64,000 nucleotides of DNA from Fistulifera solaris (lineage: Eukaryota): positions 434,001-498,000 of the forward strand of contig AP026133.1 in the NCBI GenBank assembly GCA_030295235.1, given 5' to 3'. Position 1 is the stretch's first letter. Each line of letters starts with the position of its first letter. Positions 1 through 12,801 of the stretch are shown here, in pieces. The position numbers and the translations under genes were made by a program. The notes under the pieces were generated by a model. That model saw only the letters and a list, made by a program, of their open reading frames with translations. It made no database searches and was not told the origin of the DNA.

Positions 1-27
1 ATTACCAAGAGCTATTTTCATCGTTGC

Positions 28-1164
28 TTGGATGCATGGGTGCATTCCAAAGACAAAATGGCCGGCGAGAGAGCCGAAATTCTTCTCTTAAAGATGCAAG
101 ACGCGAACAACGACAGAGGGCTGGAAGGTGGTGGGCCTTGTATACAGAGCTGGTTTAAAGTTGTTTGTGCTTGGACGAACAGCAATAAGTCACGAAGAGA
201 TGCAGCACCACGGGCTCAAAGAATTTTGGAACTGATCGTTCAGAATGACGAGTTTGACTGGAGCCATAGAGAGAATGCAAAGTGGATTGTTGAAACGTAC
301 TTGCAAGTGATGAGAGCGTGGTCGTTTCACGGAGGCAACGTTGGTTTCGAAAGAGTTGGAGCTTTAGTCGAAGAGTTGTTCAATAGGCTCAAAGCTGAGG
401 ACGACGTAACCAATCTCACGGAGAACGTAGCAAATCGGATTTTTCTGCATTGGGTGACTTCTTTGGTGAAGTCTGATTTAGAGGATCTTGCCAATCAACT
501 GAAAATATTATTTCGAGCAATTGTAGATCGCAATATGAATGTAGACTGGAACACTGCCAATTTCAATCTGGTCTTAAACGTTTACGCGAAAGCACGAGAT
601 GGCCCAGAAGCGGAGAATATATTAAAGAAAATGCTTCAACTAGCTTTGGATGGAAAGGATGATTGCCTCCCGAACACACAGAGCTTCAACTCAGTGATAC
701 TCGCTTGGAGTAAATCTGATGACCGGACTTTGGCTTGTACTCGTGCAGAAGAAATATTTATTTTGATGAAACGCATTGAAGGGGTCACACCCAATGTTGC
801 AACATATAATGCTTTGTTATCGGCGATGGGTGGGTCAGGGGACGTGGAAACCGCCACGCGAGGAGATAGATACTTCAAAGAACTCCAACGCATTTATGCA
901 GATACGAGAAATCCCTCTTTTCGACCGAACAACATCACTTACACAAAAGCTATTTCACTGTGGTCCAATGTTACCAGTCCCGAAGCCTTAGAGCGTTCCG
1001 ATGCTTTACTTCAAGATATGCTTGCTCCAGGAACGACGGATGATGACTTGAGGCCCACTATTGCCACATACAAAGCTTTTCAATCAATTCTGGCGAGCAG
1101 CGACGCGCCAGACAAACACGAAAGGATACAATATGTACAAGAAGCCATGAAGAAATTACGCTAG
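28..1164 (+). CDS. Pentatricopeptide repeat (PPR) protein, 5'-truncated by the window edge
   Basis: Repeated ~35-aa helical units: 'WNTANFNLVLNVYAK', 'PNTQSFNSVILAWSKS', 'PNVATYNALLSAMG', 'PNNITYTKAISLWS'. The reading frame runs to the window start. Confidence 0.85.
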   Translation: MDAWVHSKDKMAGERAEILLLKMQDANNDRGLEGGGPCIQSWFKVVCAWTNSNKSRRDAAPRAQRILELIVQNDEFDWSHRENAKWIVETYLQVMRAWSFHGGNVGFERVGALVEELFNRLKAEDDVTNLTENVANRIFLHWVTSLVKSDLEDLANQLKILFRAIVDRNMNVDWNTANFNLVLNVYAKARDGPEAENILKKMLQLALDGKDDCLPNTQSFNSVILAWSKSDDRTLACTRAEEIFILMKRIEGVTPNVATYNALLSAMGGSGDVETATRGDRYFKELQRIYADTRNPSFRPNNITYTKAISLWSNVTSPEALERSDALLQDMLAPGTTDDDLRPTIATYKAFQSILASSDAPDKHERIQYVQEAMKKLR

Positions 1165-1300
1165 TTTTCAACTTCGCCCTTTTCAGGCTTAGCACTGGAA
1201 AGACGAATCGTTGTTGCAGCACCTTCAAGCAATAACACTCCACTATAATAGAAAGATAGCTTGTTGAATTGAAAATTTTAGATATAGAATTCTGCTGGCA

Positions 1301-3284
1301 TTACTGTGTCAATCGATTGACATTGTTCTCCATAATGTTGGCGAGTTCCTTCAAGAACAGCGCAGCATCCGAACCGTAAATTTGACGGTGGTCACAAGTG
1401 AGAGTAACGGTCATTTGCTTGACTTTCTTCATGCCCAGCACTGCTTGTTTGCATGGAACAATAACTTCACGAGTGGCTCCGATGGCCAAGATACCACCAG
1501 TTCCGTTAGGCAAAATCGAACCAAACTGGGTGACACCGAACATTCCCATATTCGAAATGGAGAAGGTTCCTGATTGGTATTCGTCAGGCTTCAATCCACC
1601 TTTTCGGGCCTTCTCGACCAACTCCTTCCAGTTCTCCGCCAAGTCTTCTACACTGCGCTCGTTCGCGAATTTCAGGCAAGGTGTGATAAGGCCACCTTCA
1701 ATTGCGACAGCCATGGCAATGTTGATATCCTTCTTGTATACAATGGTTCCGCCGTTTTCAGGGGAGAAGGAACTGTTGATGATAGGATACTTTTCGATGG
1801 CAAGAGCAACAGCCTTGGCAAGAAGAGCGGATACGCTGATACCCTTACCCTTGACATTCTGGTAAAGCGCGTCAAAGTTGTCCATCTCAATATCACGTGA
1901 TACTTGGAAGCCAGGAGTACTCATAGTGGCCATCATGTTGTTGCTGACGGCCTTTTGCATGCCCGTCATGGCTACCGGTCCGGAAGGCATCTCAACTACA
2001 GCAGCACCAGGTCGCACAACTTTTTTACGTTCCGGCTCTTTTGTCCAGTCGCAATGAGTACATCATCCGCTGTGACGCGACCAAATTCACCTGTTCCCTT
2101 GATCGTCGCCAAATCCAATTTGGCCTTCTTGGCCAAGGCCCGCGCCGTCGGTGTGGCCGCAACGACACCGGCAGCCGGGGTCCACGAAGGCTTGGAGGAA
2201 GCAGAAGCCGCGGGCTTCTTGACCTTGGCTTCACCCGACGCCACAGCTTCGACATCTGCCGCAGTGATACGGCCTTCCGGTCCCGTACCCGTCACTAAAG
2301 AAATATCTACACCCAGCTCCTTGGCACGGTTGCGGGCCAAGGGCGACGCAAAGAGACGCTCCCCGTCTGCTTTAGCCGGAGTGGCCGCAGCCGGTGCGGC
2401 TTTGGGAGCAGCAGCGGCCACTGGGGCAGCTGCAGCGGGCGCGGCGGCGGCCGGCGGAGCTGCTCCCGAAAGAGTAGCAGCATATGCTTGCAGAGCGGGA
2501 ATGTCACTCTCGTTTTCCGCAATCAAGGCCACCGGGGCTCCGACGGCACCACTTTCACCTTCCTGGGTGATAATGGCAGCCAAGAAACCATCTTCAAATG
2601 CTTCAACATCCATATCAGCTTTATCGGATTCGACGACCATGATGGCTTCTCCGGCAGAAATGGCATCACCTTCTGATTTGAGCCATGATACCACTTTACC
2701 TTCCTTCATGGTGGAAGACAAGGCGGGCATATCAATCTTGCTAAAAGGCACCTCGGGAGCTGTACAACAAAAGGAGTGAGACCAAAATTGCCGCCCAACA
2801 TCAAATATTCGTTGTATCAACAACACTTACCAGCAGCAGCAGTCGTTGCCGGAGCCGCCGCGGGAGGAGCCGCCGCCGAAGTCGCATCTCCACCACTTCC
2901 TCCGGCATTGAATTCTGCCAATACAGCTTCTACTTCACTCGAATCGGCCGCAATCAAAGCCACAGCTTCACCGACAGGAGCCATTTCACCCTCTTGTACG
3001 ATAATTTTGGCAATGATTCCGTCCTCAAACGCTTCGACATCCATATCGGCCTTATCGGATTCGACCACCATAATTGCTTCACCCGCCTCAATTTCGTCTC
3101 CTTCATTCTTAAGCCACGACACGACTTTTCCTTCTTTCATAGTCGACGATAAAGCCGGCATTGTAATCTTAGTACCAGCAAACAACTGCGTGATCTTGAT
3201 CCGCGACGGCTTGACCGCCGGGGCAAACGCCTGGCTGCTGGATAAAAGAGCCAATGCGGCTACAGACGCTGTTAAGAATTTCAT
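1301..3284 (-). CDS. Plastid pyruvate dehydrogenase E2 (dihydrolipoamide acetyltransferase), with 2 lipoyl and 2 E3-binding domains
   Basis: ATG at 3284 with presequence MKFLTASVAALALLSSSQ-AFAP. Two lipoyl motifs 'VESDKADMDVE', two PSBD motifs and catalytic 'CDHRQIYG'. GT-AG intron 2830..2760 joins in frame. One A missing in the run at ~2040 splits the ORF track. Confidence 0.93.
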
Positions 3285-3725
3285 GTTGTTGCCTATTTGC
3301 TGGATAATTCTAAAATGCAATGGTTCGGTCTTTTGTTTGGTCTCCCGAAATTCGAATGCTCGACGTCTGCAGTCTGCACAATTCAGATTTCGTCGATGTT
3401 TCCTTCACATCATTCCGTTTGCCATCAACGTCACTGACGTACGGTTGAAACGGGACAAAACCAATCACGAATGTGGGGAGGACATTCTTGCATTTTGATT
3501 GGCTTGTTTATGCCGCCCCGCGCCCGAAAACGTCACAGCATGAAACATCCGTTGCCAACATGCCGATCCGCTCGACAAATAATGATGTCGCACAGTTGCG
3601 TCTCGAAAAACCTCACCGCGAAAACGAGACGATCCACATATTACCAGTATCGATCCCTTTTTCATCGAACGACAATCAGTTATTATCAAACATCACATCC
3701 ACAATAACAGTCAAAACAAAACGCA

Positions 3726-4379
3726 ATGAAACTGTTGTTGAGCTTACTCTTGACTGCCTCTTCGGCCATGGCCTTCATGCCCCGAATGACATCCGTTTCG
3801 TCGTCGTCGTCGTCGACGCAACTCGCCGAGTCGTTTACGGGTGCCAAAGATATTTCCGCTCTCACCAAGGACTTGAAAACTGTCTTTACGACCGAACAAA
3901 TCGATGAAATCTTACCGCATCGTTACCCTTTTGCATTGGTTGACAAAGTCATTGAATATGAAGCCGGAAAGCGAGCGGTGGGAGTCAAGTGTGTCACCAA
4001 GGTCGGTATCCCGGAACCCTGCCCTGTCCTTCGGCGCTCGTGTCACTCACAGTTCCTTTCCAGAACGAAGAATTCTTCAATGGTCATTTCCCCAGTCGCC
4101 CCATTATGCCGGGTGTCATGCAAGTCGAAGCATTGGCTCAATTGGCCGGTATTGTGTGTCTCCAAATGGAGGGGGCCGCACCGGGTGCCGTCTTCTTTTG
4201 CCGGTGTGGATGGTGTTAAATGGAAGAAACCCGTCGTTCCTGGAGATACATTGGTCATGGAAGTAGAAATTAAAAAGTGGAATGCGAAATTCGGTCTCGC
4301 CAAAGCGACCGGTAAAGCTTATGTGGATGGTGGTCTCGTCGTGGAAGTCGATGAAATGACCTTTGCGTTGGCCAAGTAA
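3726..4379 (+). CDS. fabZ: Plastid beta-hydroxyacyl-ACP dehydratase
   Basis: Presequence [19 protein letters not shown]. Motifs '[11 protein letters not shown]', '[23 protein letters not shown]' and 'KPVVPGD'. Intron 4002..4063 (GT..AG); T-run indel at ~4197. Confidence 0.93.
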   Translation: MKLLLSLLLTASSAMAFMPRMTSVSSSSSSTQLAESFTGAKDISALTKDLKTVFTTEQIDEILPHRYPFALVDKVIEYEAGKRAVGVKCVTKVGIPEPCPVLRRSCHSQFLSRTKNSSMVISPVAPLCRVSCKSKHWLNWPVLCVSKWRGPHRVPSSFAGVDGVKWKKPVVPGDTLVMEVEIKKWNAKFGLAKATGKAYVDGGLVVEVDEMTFALAK

Positions 4380-4656
4380 GAAACAGTATAATAAACCAAC
4401 AGGATTGCGCTTCGAACGATCGAATCTTTTCGAATCGCGCCGCTAGTCAACTACAACTTATTTTAGCTTTTCTGCGACTTTCGTCTCTTTCTTTTAAATG
4501 CTGTCTAGATGACATACAAAGTACGCAACCAGCTTCGTTCGTCGATTTTCTCTTACTTCATGTATTCCAACAAAACGCAATGTGCATCGGCTTGGCAAAA
4601 TAAAGAGCGGCAAGAAATACGAAATACTATCTATTAATTCTTTTGATCATAATCGT

Positions 4657-6462
<1,806 letters not shown>

Positions 6463-6697
6463 GGTTGTTGTTTTCTTCTATGAAAGTCTGCTGGAATGAT
6501 ATGTTATGTCGGTGAACGACAGAAACGATTGCGACGAGGTGGAAGGAGAAGAATTATCGCGTGACGACGACTTGCTTGAGGAAAAAACATCGGAGCACCA
6601 CGAATTTTGAATGATCGGCAACCGCTCGTCGTAATGTCTGTCCGTGCTGCGTCTCTTGGATCCATCACCACGTTGCACTTGCAGAAAAGGATTTCGG

Positions 6698-6760
6698 TAC
6701 GGTGTACGGTACCGGTACCGGTACCGGTACCGGTACCTGGTATAACCTTACCTGGTACAT
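6698..6760. repeat. (GTACCG)n microsatellite / GTAC-rich tract in a divergent intergenic region
   Basis: gtacggtgtacggtaccggtaccggtaccggtaccggtacctggta. Confidence 0.8.
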
Positions 6761-7001
6761 TTTATTTTCGTACTGGCAGTCAAGCGGTACTTGTATTTAG
6801 GATCTCAGTCCTGCAGTCGACAGGCCAGCCTCTGCGACACGACAAACGAGAAACATCCACGTGTGAAAAAATAAATGCTAGGACGACGAACGTCCAAATC
6901 ACTTTTCATTTCTCACATCTCGCAGCATTGCCCTCGTTTCATCAACTGGCCTTTCCGCATTCCGGTAAATATAGTTGATCAACTCATTCACAACAATCGG
7001 T

Positions 7002-7834
7002 ATGAAAAAACTCAAAGTCCGTAGTCATCCGAGCTTCTCGGCACAGCGCGGACTATTCCTTTCGATGCTCGTACTTTCGTCCGTTTCCGCTCGCGACTTG
7101 AAAAAGTACGGTCCCTGGAACATGCCTTCATCGGTTGTATCACAAGGTCACTCATTCCTGAGTGAATGTGAGTCTCTCGCTGCTTTCTTCTGGAAGGTGA
7201 GGGGAGGTGCGGAACAGGATTACTACTACGACGATCGACGAGGTCGATACTATGACGATGACGACGAACAAGACGACTATTATGATGATTACCAGAAGAA
7301 AAGCAGTCAACGTCGTAAAGGACCCGCTTTTTTATCGAATATGCCCTCCGTCATCAAAAATGGTGATCGACGGATCGGTTTCGGTTTGTTGGGGTCGGGC
7401 AGCATCATCACGATGCTAGGGATTAGTCTCTTTTCAATAAGACATTGATGCGATTGGGGAATTTACTGTTTATTGCCGGAGTCCCCATGACACTCGGTCC
7501 CAGTCGCACACTGGGATATTTTGTAAAACCGGAAAAATTTCGAGCAACTGGTTGTCTCGCACTGGGGATCTTTCTTGTATTTATTGGGATGCCCGTTTTT
7601 GGAATTATCTTGGAAGCCTTTGGAATCCTGAATCTCTTTGGTAATTTGTTTCCCTTTGTGTGGGCGGTGGCGAAGAATATGCCGGGGATTGGTCCTCTAC
7701 TCAGCGGAGGTAACAATCGGAGACGTCGCGAGCCAAGGAGAGACGATTACTCTTATGAAGATGATTATGGCCGTGATGAGCACCCTTATTACGGAGATAG
7801 TCGGCCACCATCACGCGACAATCGTTACTACTAG
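7002..7834 (+). CDS. GOT1: Got1/Sft2-family vesicle transport membrane protein
   Basis: Adding one T at ~7432 joins two ORFs to give 'IGFGLLGSGSIITMLGISLFFNKTLMRLGNLLFIAGVPMTLGP...LEAFGILNLFGNLFP', which matches Got1. It also has an N-terminal signal/'RGG' extension. The start codon is uncertain. Confidence 0.8.
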
Positions 7835-8261
7835 AGAAATATGCCATTGCCTTCTTTGCTAGCTAATAAGCTTGTCTTCATTGCTGTTTCGTTGTTGACG
7901 TGCCCGACATAGTACTTTGATGTGTAAGTAATGATTGATTAGCTTCCTTCTGTAGTTGTTGATGATGTCGTTAGAGCGATGAAATTTCCTCCCAGCATGA
8001 TGGAAACTCGAATAATAAGAATTGCAACGTGTCGTTGACCTCCGACTCGATTTCAGTTATGAGTCATGAGTCGCGAACGACAAAACGGAGGAATTGGAGC
8101 CACGAATTATTTGCTGATATCGACGAATGCAGCAAAAAAAATTCCGCACACTTGATATTGTGGCTGTTCGGCTTGTTCTTCATGCTATCCATCATACAAT
8201 AAAACCATCACTACAGATTGATTTTAGACGAGACTTTGCTTTCGTTGATACACGTTAAGAA

Positions 8262-10000
8262 ATGGAACCCCGTCGACCAAAACGAACACGAAAGCCCCCG
8301 AGTCCGAACTCGGTGCTCGATCGTCGGGCGTTTGTAAAAGCTTTAGATGATCGGGGCCTCGTGGTCAAAGCCGTGCACATTGATGCGTTCTATCAAGCGC
8401 TCCATCGACAACATTATCCCGACCTACCCGAATTTGTCAATCGCTACTACCAGCACGAAGAAGAAGCGAGTGAGAAACTGAAATCATCGGTGCCCGTGGC
8501 GCCTTTAAAAAATAAAATTTCCGGAAAGAAAAACAAAAATCGCGTACAGTTGCCACAAAAGTTCTTGGAGTTTGTGAAAGACCCTAACAATGGATTTGTT
8601 ACAGTTACTTCGACGGTAGCGTTGCAAAAACGTCGGGCGATCAAACGACGACGAAATTAGCCGTTCGACTCCACGATGGACAACTCGTCGAATCCGTACT
8701 GATGCGTTATGTGAATCAGGAAGGCAGTCGAGCGAGTTTGTGTGTTAGCTCGCAGTGTGGGTGTGCCATGGGATGTGTAAGTTTTTTATATTATGGGCTA
8801 GAGCTGTATCAAGGACGGATTGCAACCTAATCGATCCTCGTATCCTTTTGTTTCATTCAGACCTTCTGTGCTACAGGAACAATGGGTGTAAGTACTACCT
8901 TTTACGAATCCTGTATCAATTACTTGCGGAACCCATACTCTCATGTTTTTTTTAACCACAGCTATCTGGAAACTTGACGACGGGCGAAATATTGGAGCAG
9001 GTCGTTCATGCGGACCGCATTTTGGCAAACGAGTGGCAGGAACGTCAAAAGAAAACGTGCAGTCCAACAGCCGTGGCTGCAAGAATGAGTTGAAACTAGA
9101 TCTGGTACGCAACATTGTTTTCATGGGTATGGGAGAACCTTTGGACAATTACACCAATGTCGTGGAAGCGTGTCGTGCTTTGATTGATCGCAAGCGATGG
9201 AATTTGGCGCACGGTCGCGTCACTGTGTCTACCGTCGGCTTAGTTAAACAAATTCGTCGATTGACAGAGGAGTTGCCGGAAATTTCGCTGGCCTTATCAC
9301 TCCACGCCCCCAACCAGGAAATGCGCAGTGCCATTGTACCCACAGCCAAGAATTTTTACATTAACGATTTGATCGATGCACTCGATGGTCACATGATGGC
9401 ATATTTGAAGAAGCGGCATCCTGCTGGTACAGTATTTTCCGCGGAGCAGCGTATTCAGGAAAGTTCCCGTCGACGAGCCATGATCGAGTACGTCATGCTG
9501 GAAGGTGATACAAGTTCGTTGGAATGCGCACATCAGCTGGGAAAACTATGTGAGAATCGCCATTTAGTAGTGAATTTGATCCCATACAATCAGACTGATG
9601 TAAAGGATAAATTGCGATGTCCTTCGCCGGAACACATTGAAACCTTTCGCCGGATTGTGAGTTCGTATGGTGCTTTCTGTACCGTTCGTAGGACGATGGG
9701 GGCTGACATCGACAGTGCGTGTGGGCAACTCATCACATTGGAGGGGAGCGAGAAAGGCAAAGTTCGTGACATTGAAGATACAGTAAACCAAAAAACAGGT
9801 AGTTTGAAGCATGAATTGGCGAATAGTTCTCAGGTTCGAAGAAATCCTGTTCGTCAGTTAATCGAACCTCGTGTTCATGAAGTGGTGGTCAAGGATTTTG
9901 ACTGGGATCCTTGGGTGGGGCACCTTTTGCAGCCACCGGCATTGCTGCGTCTTGCTTTTTCGTCTCGACTTATTTGTTGTTGAGGAACCGAAATAAATAA
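8262..10000 (+). CDS. rlmN: RlmN/Cfr-family radical-SAM RNA methyltransferase
   Basis: The CxxxCxxC motif is rebuilt across introns 8777..8860 and 8888..8961 ([26 protein letters not shown]). Also 'FMGMGEPL', 'LSLHAP', 'VNLIPYN' and 'DIDSACGQL'. Indels at ~8628, ~9050 and possibly ~9927. Confidence 0.9.
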
Positions 10001-10127
10001 ATCATTAAGTGAAACATTTGTGGTTGAACCGGCGTTACGACGATAAAATCCCTGGACACTTGTTCTCTCCCAGGCAGAATACAGACTTTACTTTGTAGTA
10101 TTGTCGCAAAGCTACCACATACGACTC

Positions 10128-10545
10128 CATACGCCCAAGCTTCCATCCGTTGTGCACGAGTAACAAATGATATCTGGTATTTACCAATTGCATGATGCAA
10201 TTATCTTCATTTAGCACACTCACAATGCTCGCCTCGACAATTTTCGTCGAAATCCTTGCGGGTCGTCCTTTTCCACATTTTACTGTAGACTTTAGTGTAA
10301 GCGGAACGCCACCACGACTGCATTTCAGTCATGAATCTTATTTGGACCCTCCGAGAATTTCATTCCATACTCACTACCTTGCATCCGTTGTGCACGAGTG
10401 ATAAACCAAAATCAACTTTTTCAAGATGCATCTCGTTTTGGCACCACTTATACGATGCACACGATGAATCGTGAAGTCAAAACTTCTTGCGGATCGTTGT
10501 CGTTCCATCTTGCTGTGGAAACCACGACTGCATTTCAGTCATGAG
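10128..10545. repeat. Diverged two-copy direct duplication (~200-240 bp unit)
   Basis: 'catccgttgtgcacgagt' at ~10144 and ~10382; 'accacgactgcatttcagtcatga' at 10311 and 10521. Confidence 0.7.
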
Positions 10546-10731
10546 TGATGAAGTTGGATGTTTTATTATGCCTATTTTCAATCCTATTTATTTTGTCGTT
10601 TGCTGTCCTCCTTCTCATGAAAAAAAGTCTTGATGCTAGAGCTCGGTAGTATTTCAACTTGAGGTGAACGCTTCTCGATAGCGAATGAGTTCGACGCCAT
10701 TTCGAAACGCTTCACGAAAGATGCTGATGCG

Positions 10732-12004
10732 ATGAAGGGTCGTCGTCGCCAGAAGATCGTACGACGATGGGGCATTTTTCTGTGCCTAGGTTTGACCGTG
10801 ATCCTATCGCTGCGGCAATTTCGTGCATTTTCTTACATCAACACGGAGGGTAGTTCTCGACCAGCCGCTTCTCGGGTGTTCTATTTCCATCCGAATGTTG
10901 TGTCGTCTCACCGCCCAGTCGACCCATTGTCGGAACATTCCGTCATTTCCGAATACATCGACTTTATGTCATGGCATCCCTGGGAGCACGATAGATGTCA
11001 TTATCCTGTGGAGTGGCAACGTACGTTTCATCCTACTTGCAATATTCTGCACGAGCTGGAACACACTGGCGAGCTGGCGGGTTCGGGCTATTGGCGACAA
11101 GGATGGCTCATGGATAATATTACGGTTTTGAAACGAGGTACGTTTGCTTGTCTTTTGACTTATCTTTGGCGAGTCGGCCTATGGTTCTCAGCTCGGCTCT
11201 ATAGCACTATTGAATCCGCCTTCCTCCAACGCGTGGGATGAATTCGCTTGGGGCCTTTACAAGTCAAAGGTCGAAGGCATGTGTCTGAGTCGACTGAAAC
11301 ACACTTCCCACGTTTTGGATCTATACGCATCGTGTGCTACATCGACTTTAATGGAACGTGCGGCGGAGAATTTCGCCGATTGGCTGAATCGTACCGAATT
11401 GAATAGCTGGCAGAGATTGTCGTTGGGTCGAGATGTCGCCCGCTTGCTGTGGGACATTCATTCGATAGATGCACCCTATACAACCATCGCACACAACGAT
11501 TTTCGGGCTTCCAATTTATTAATAAAGAACAATACGGCGTATGCGGGAGATTTCAATCAAGCCATTTTGCTTCAATGGGATAGCCTTGCCAATGATACGT
11601 GTCGCTACAAGCGCCCGGTTGGCTTGAACAATTTTGCTCCGCCACCCGAGCGAAAAGCTTCTTACAAAAAATTTGTTGTTCCAGTCAAAATGGATATCTA
11701 CGAGTTAGGGAATATTCTCTATCAGATCTTAACTAGAAGCGAACCGCGACATGACTGGCAAGAAGACAGGGGCTATGTCGAAACCAATACTCGCCGATGC
11801 GTTGCAATGCCAAACGTCAATTCACTCGACTATCACAGCAAATTTCTCTACTATGCTACACTTGCTTGTCATGCTATGAAAGCCTTTCATCGTCCCTCTA
11901 GCTATTCTGTCTGGAAAGGATTGGAAGAGGGAATGGTGCGCACAAATTTGTCCGACGAAGCGATGAAACGATTGTTTGATCCGTCTTCGATGTCGTTGAA
12001 ATGA
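10732..12004 (+). CDS. Type II membrane protein kinase-like protein (PKDCC/VLK-like secretory kinase)
   Basis: N-terminal TM 'WGIFLCLGLTVILSL'; 'FHPTCNILHE'; Gly-loop 'AGSGYWR', 'VLKR', 'HNDFRASNLL', 'GDFNQA', 'DIYELGNILY'. Intron 11138..11204. Confidence 0.7.
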
Positions 12005-12233
12005 TACTCTATGTTTTAAGTGTACTTTTGTCAGTACCGTACCGTTGGACTGAATAATCACAAAACGCAAATTGGACATCAGTCCTGTCGAGAGTCTTGT
12101 ACAAAACGTGGGCTCTTGTTTTGACGCTGAAAGTAAAGATGTCAAAAACTTTATTCGATGATCACTTTTCTCAGCTCGGCTGATCTGTAATGCACAAGAA
12201 ATAACAAGAAGTGCAGTTGCATTAGAAAGTAAC

Positions 12234-12785
12234 ATGGACATGCGTGGAGGACAACCAGACTTTTTGAGCAGTCCTTGGGAGACGCTGAAGTTAGCGGACA
12301 ATTTCTCGGACGGTCATACCCAACTCCCTGGCCGAGTACCGATATCGCCTTCTTCCACATATTCAAGCTTGTCTTCGGATTCCGCGAGCGCGGCTGGTAG
12401 CATGAAAGCACCTGTGGAGGTCTATCAAGGAAGCAGAATGGAGAGTGCTAATCGTCGGAGCGATGCACCTCGTTCGAGAGGAGTCGGATTGTCGCAAGGC
12501 CTGATGGCGCGTCAAATGGTTTTACAGCAGTATGATACTGCCAAGGACCACAAAATCACCAAAGAGCGATTGAAGGCTGGCCGAACGAGTTTTGATATTA
12601 GAACTGGAACTAAAAAGCAAGCCGAAAGCTCGCGAGTCAAGAAAGCGCCGACCCCAGACGAAGTCCGTGATCCAGAAAGCATGTCGGGCATGAAGTATCA
12701 GCTTCACTGGGATCGCGAACGCATCGCACGCGACAAAGCGCTTCGTCTATTAGATGGGGCTTTCGGAGAAATAAGTGTCCTGTAA
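12234..12785 (+). CDS. Hypothetical protein
   Basis: 183-aa ATG-initiated ORF with no recognised motif. Its stop is ~16 bp from the convergent midasin stop. Confidence 0.45.
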   Translation: MDMRGGQPDFLSSPWETLKLADNFSDGHTQLPGRVPISPSSTYSSLSSDSASAAGSMKAPVEVYQGSRMESANRRSDAPRSRGVGLSQGLMARQMVLQQYDTAKDHKITKERLKAGRTSFDIRTGTKKQAESSRVKKAPTPDEVRDPESMSGMKYQLHWDRERIARDKALRLLDGAFGEISVL

Positions 12786-12801
12786 CCGATTAAGTGTATT
12801 A

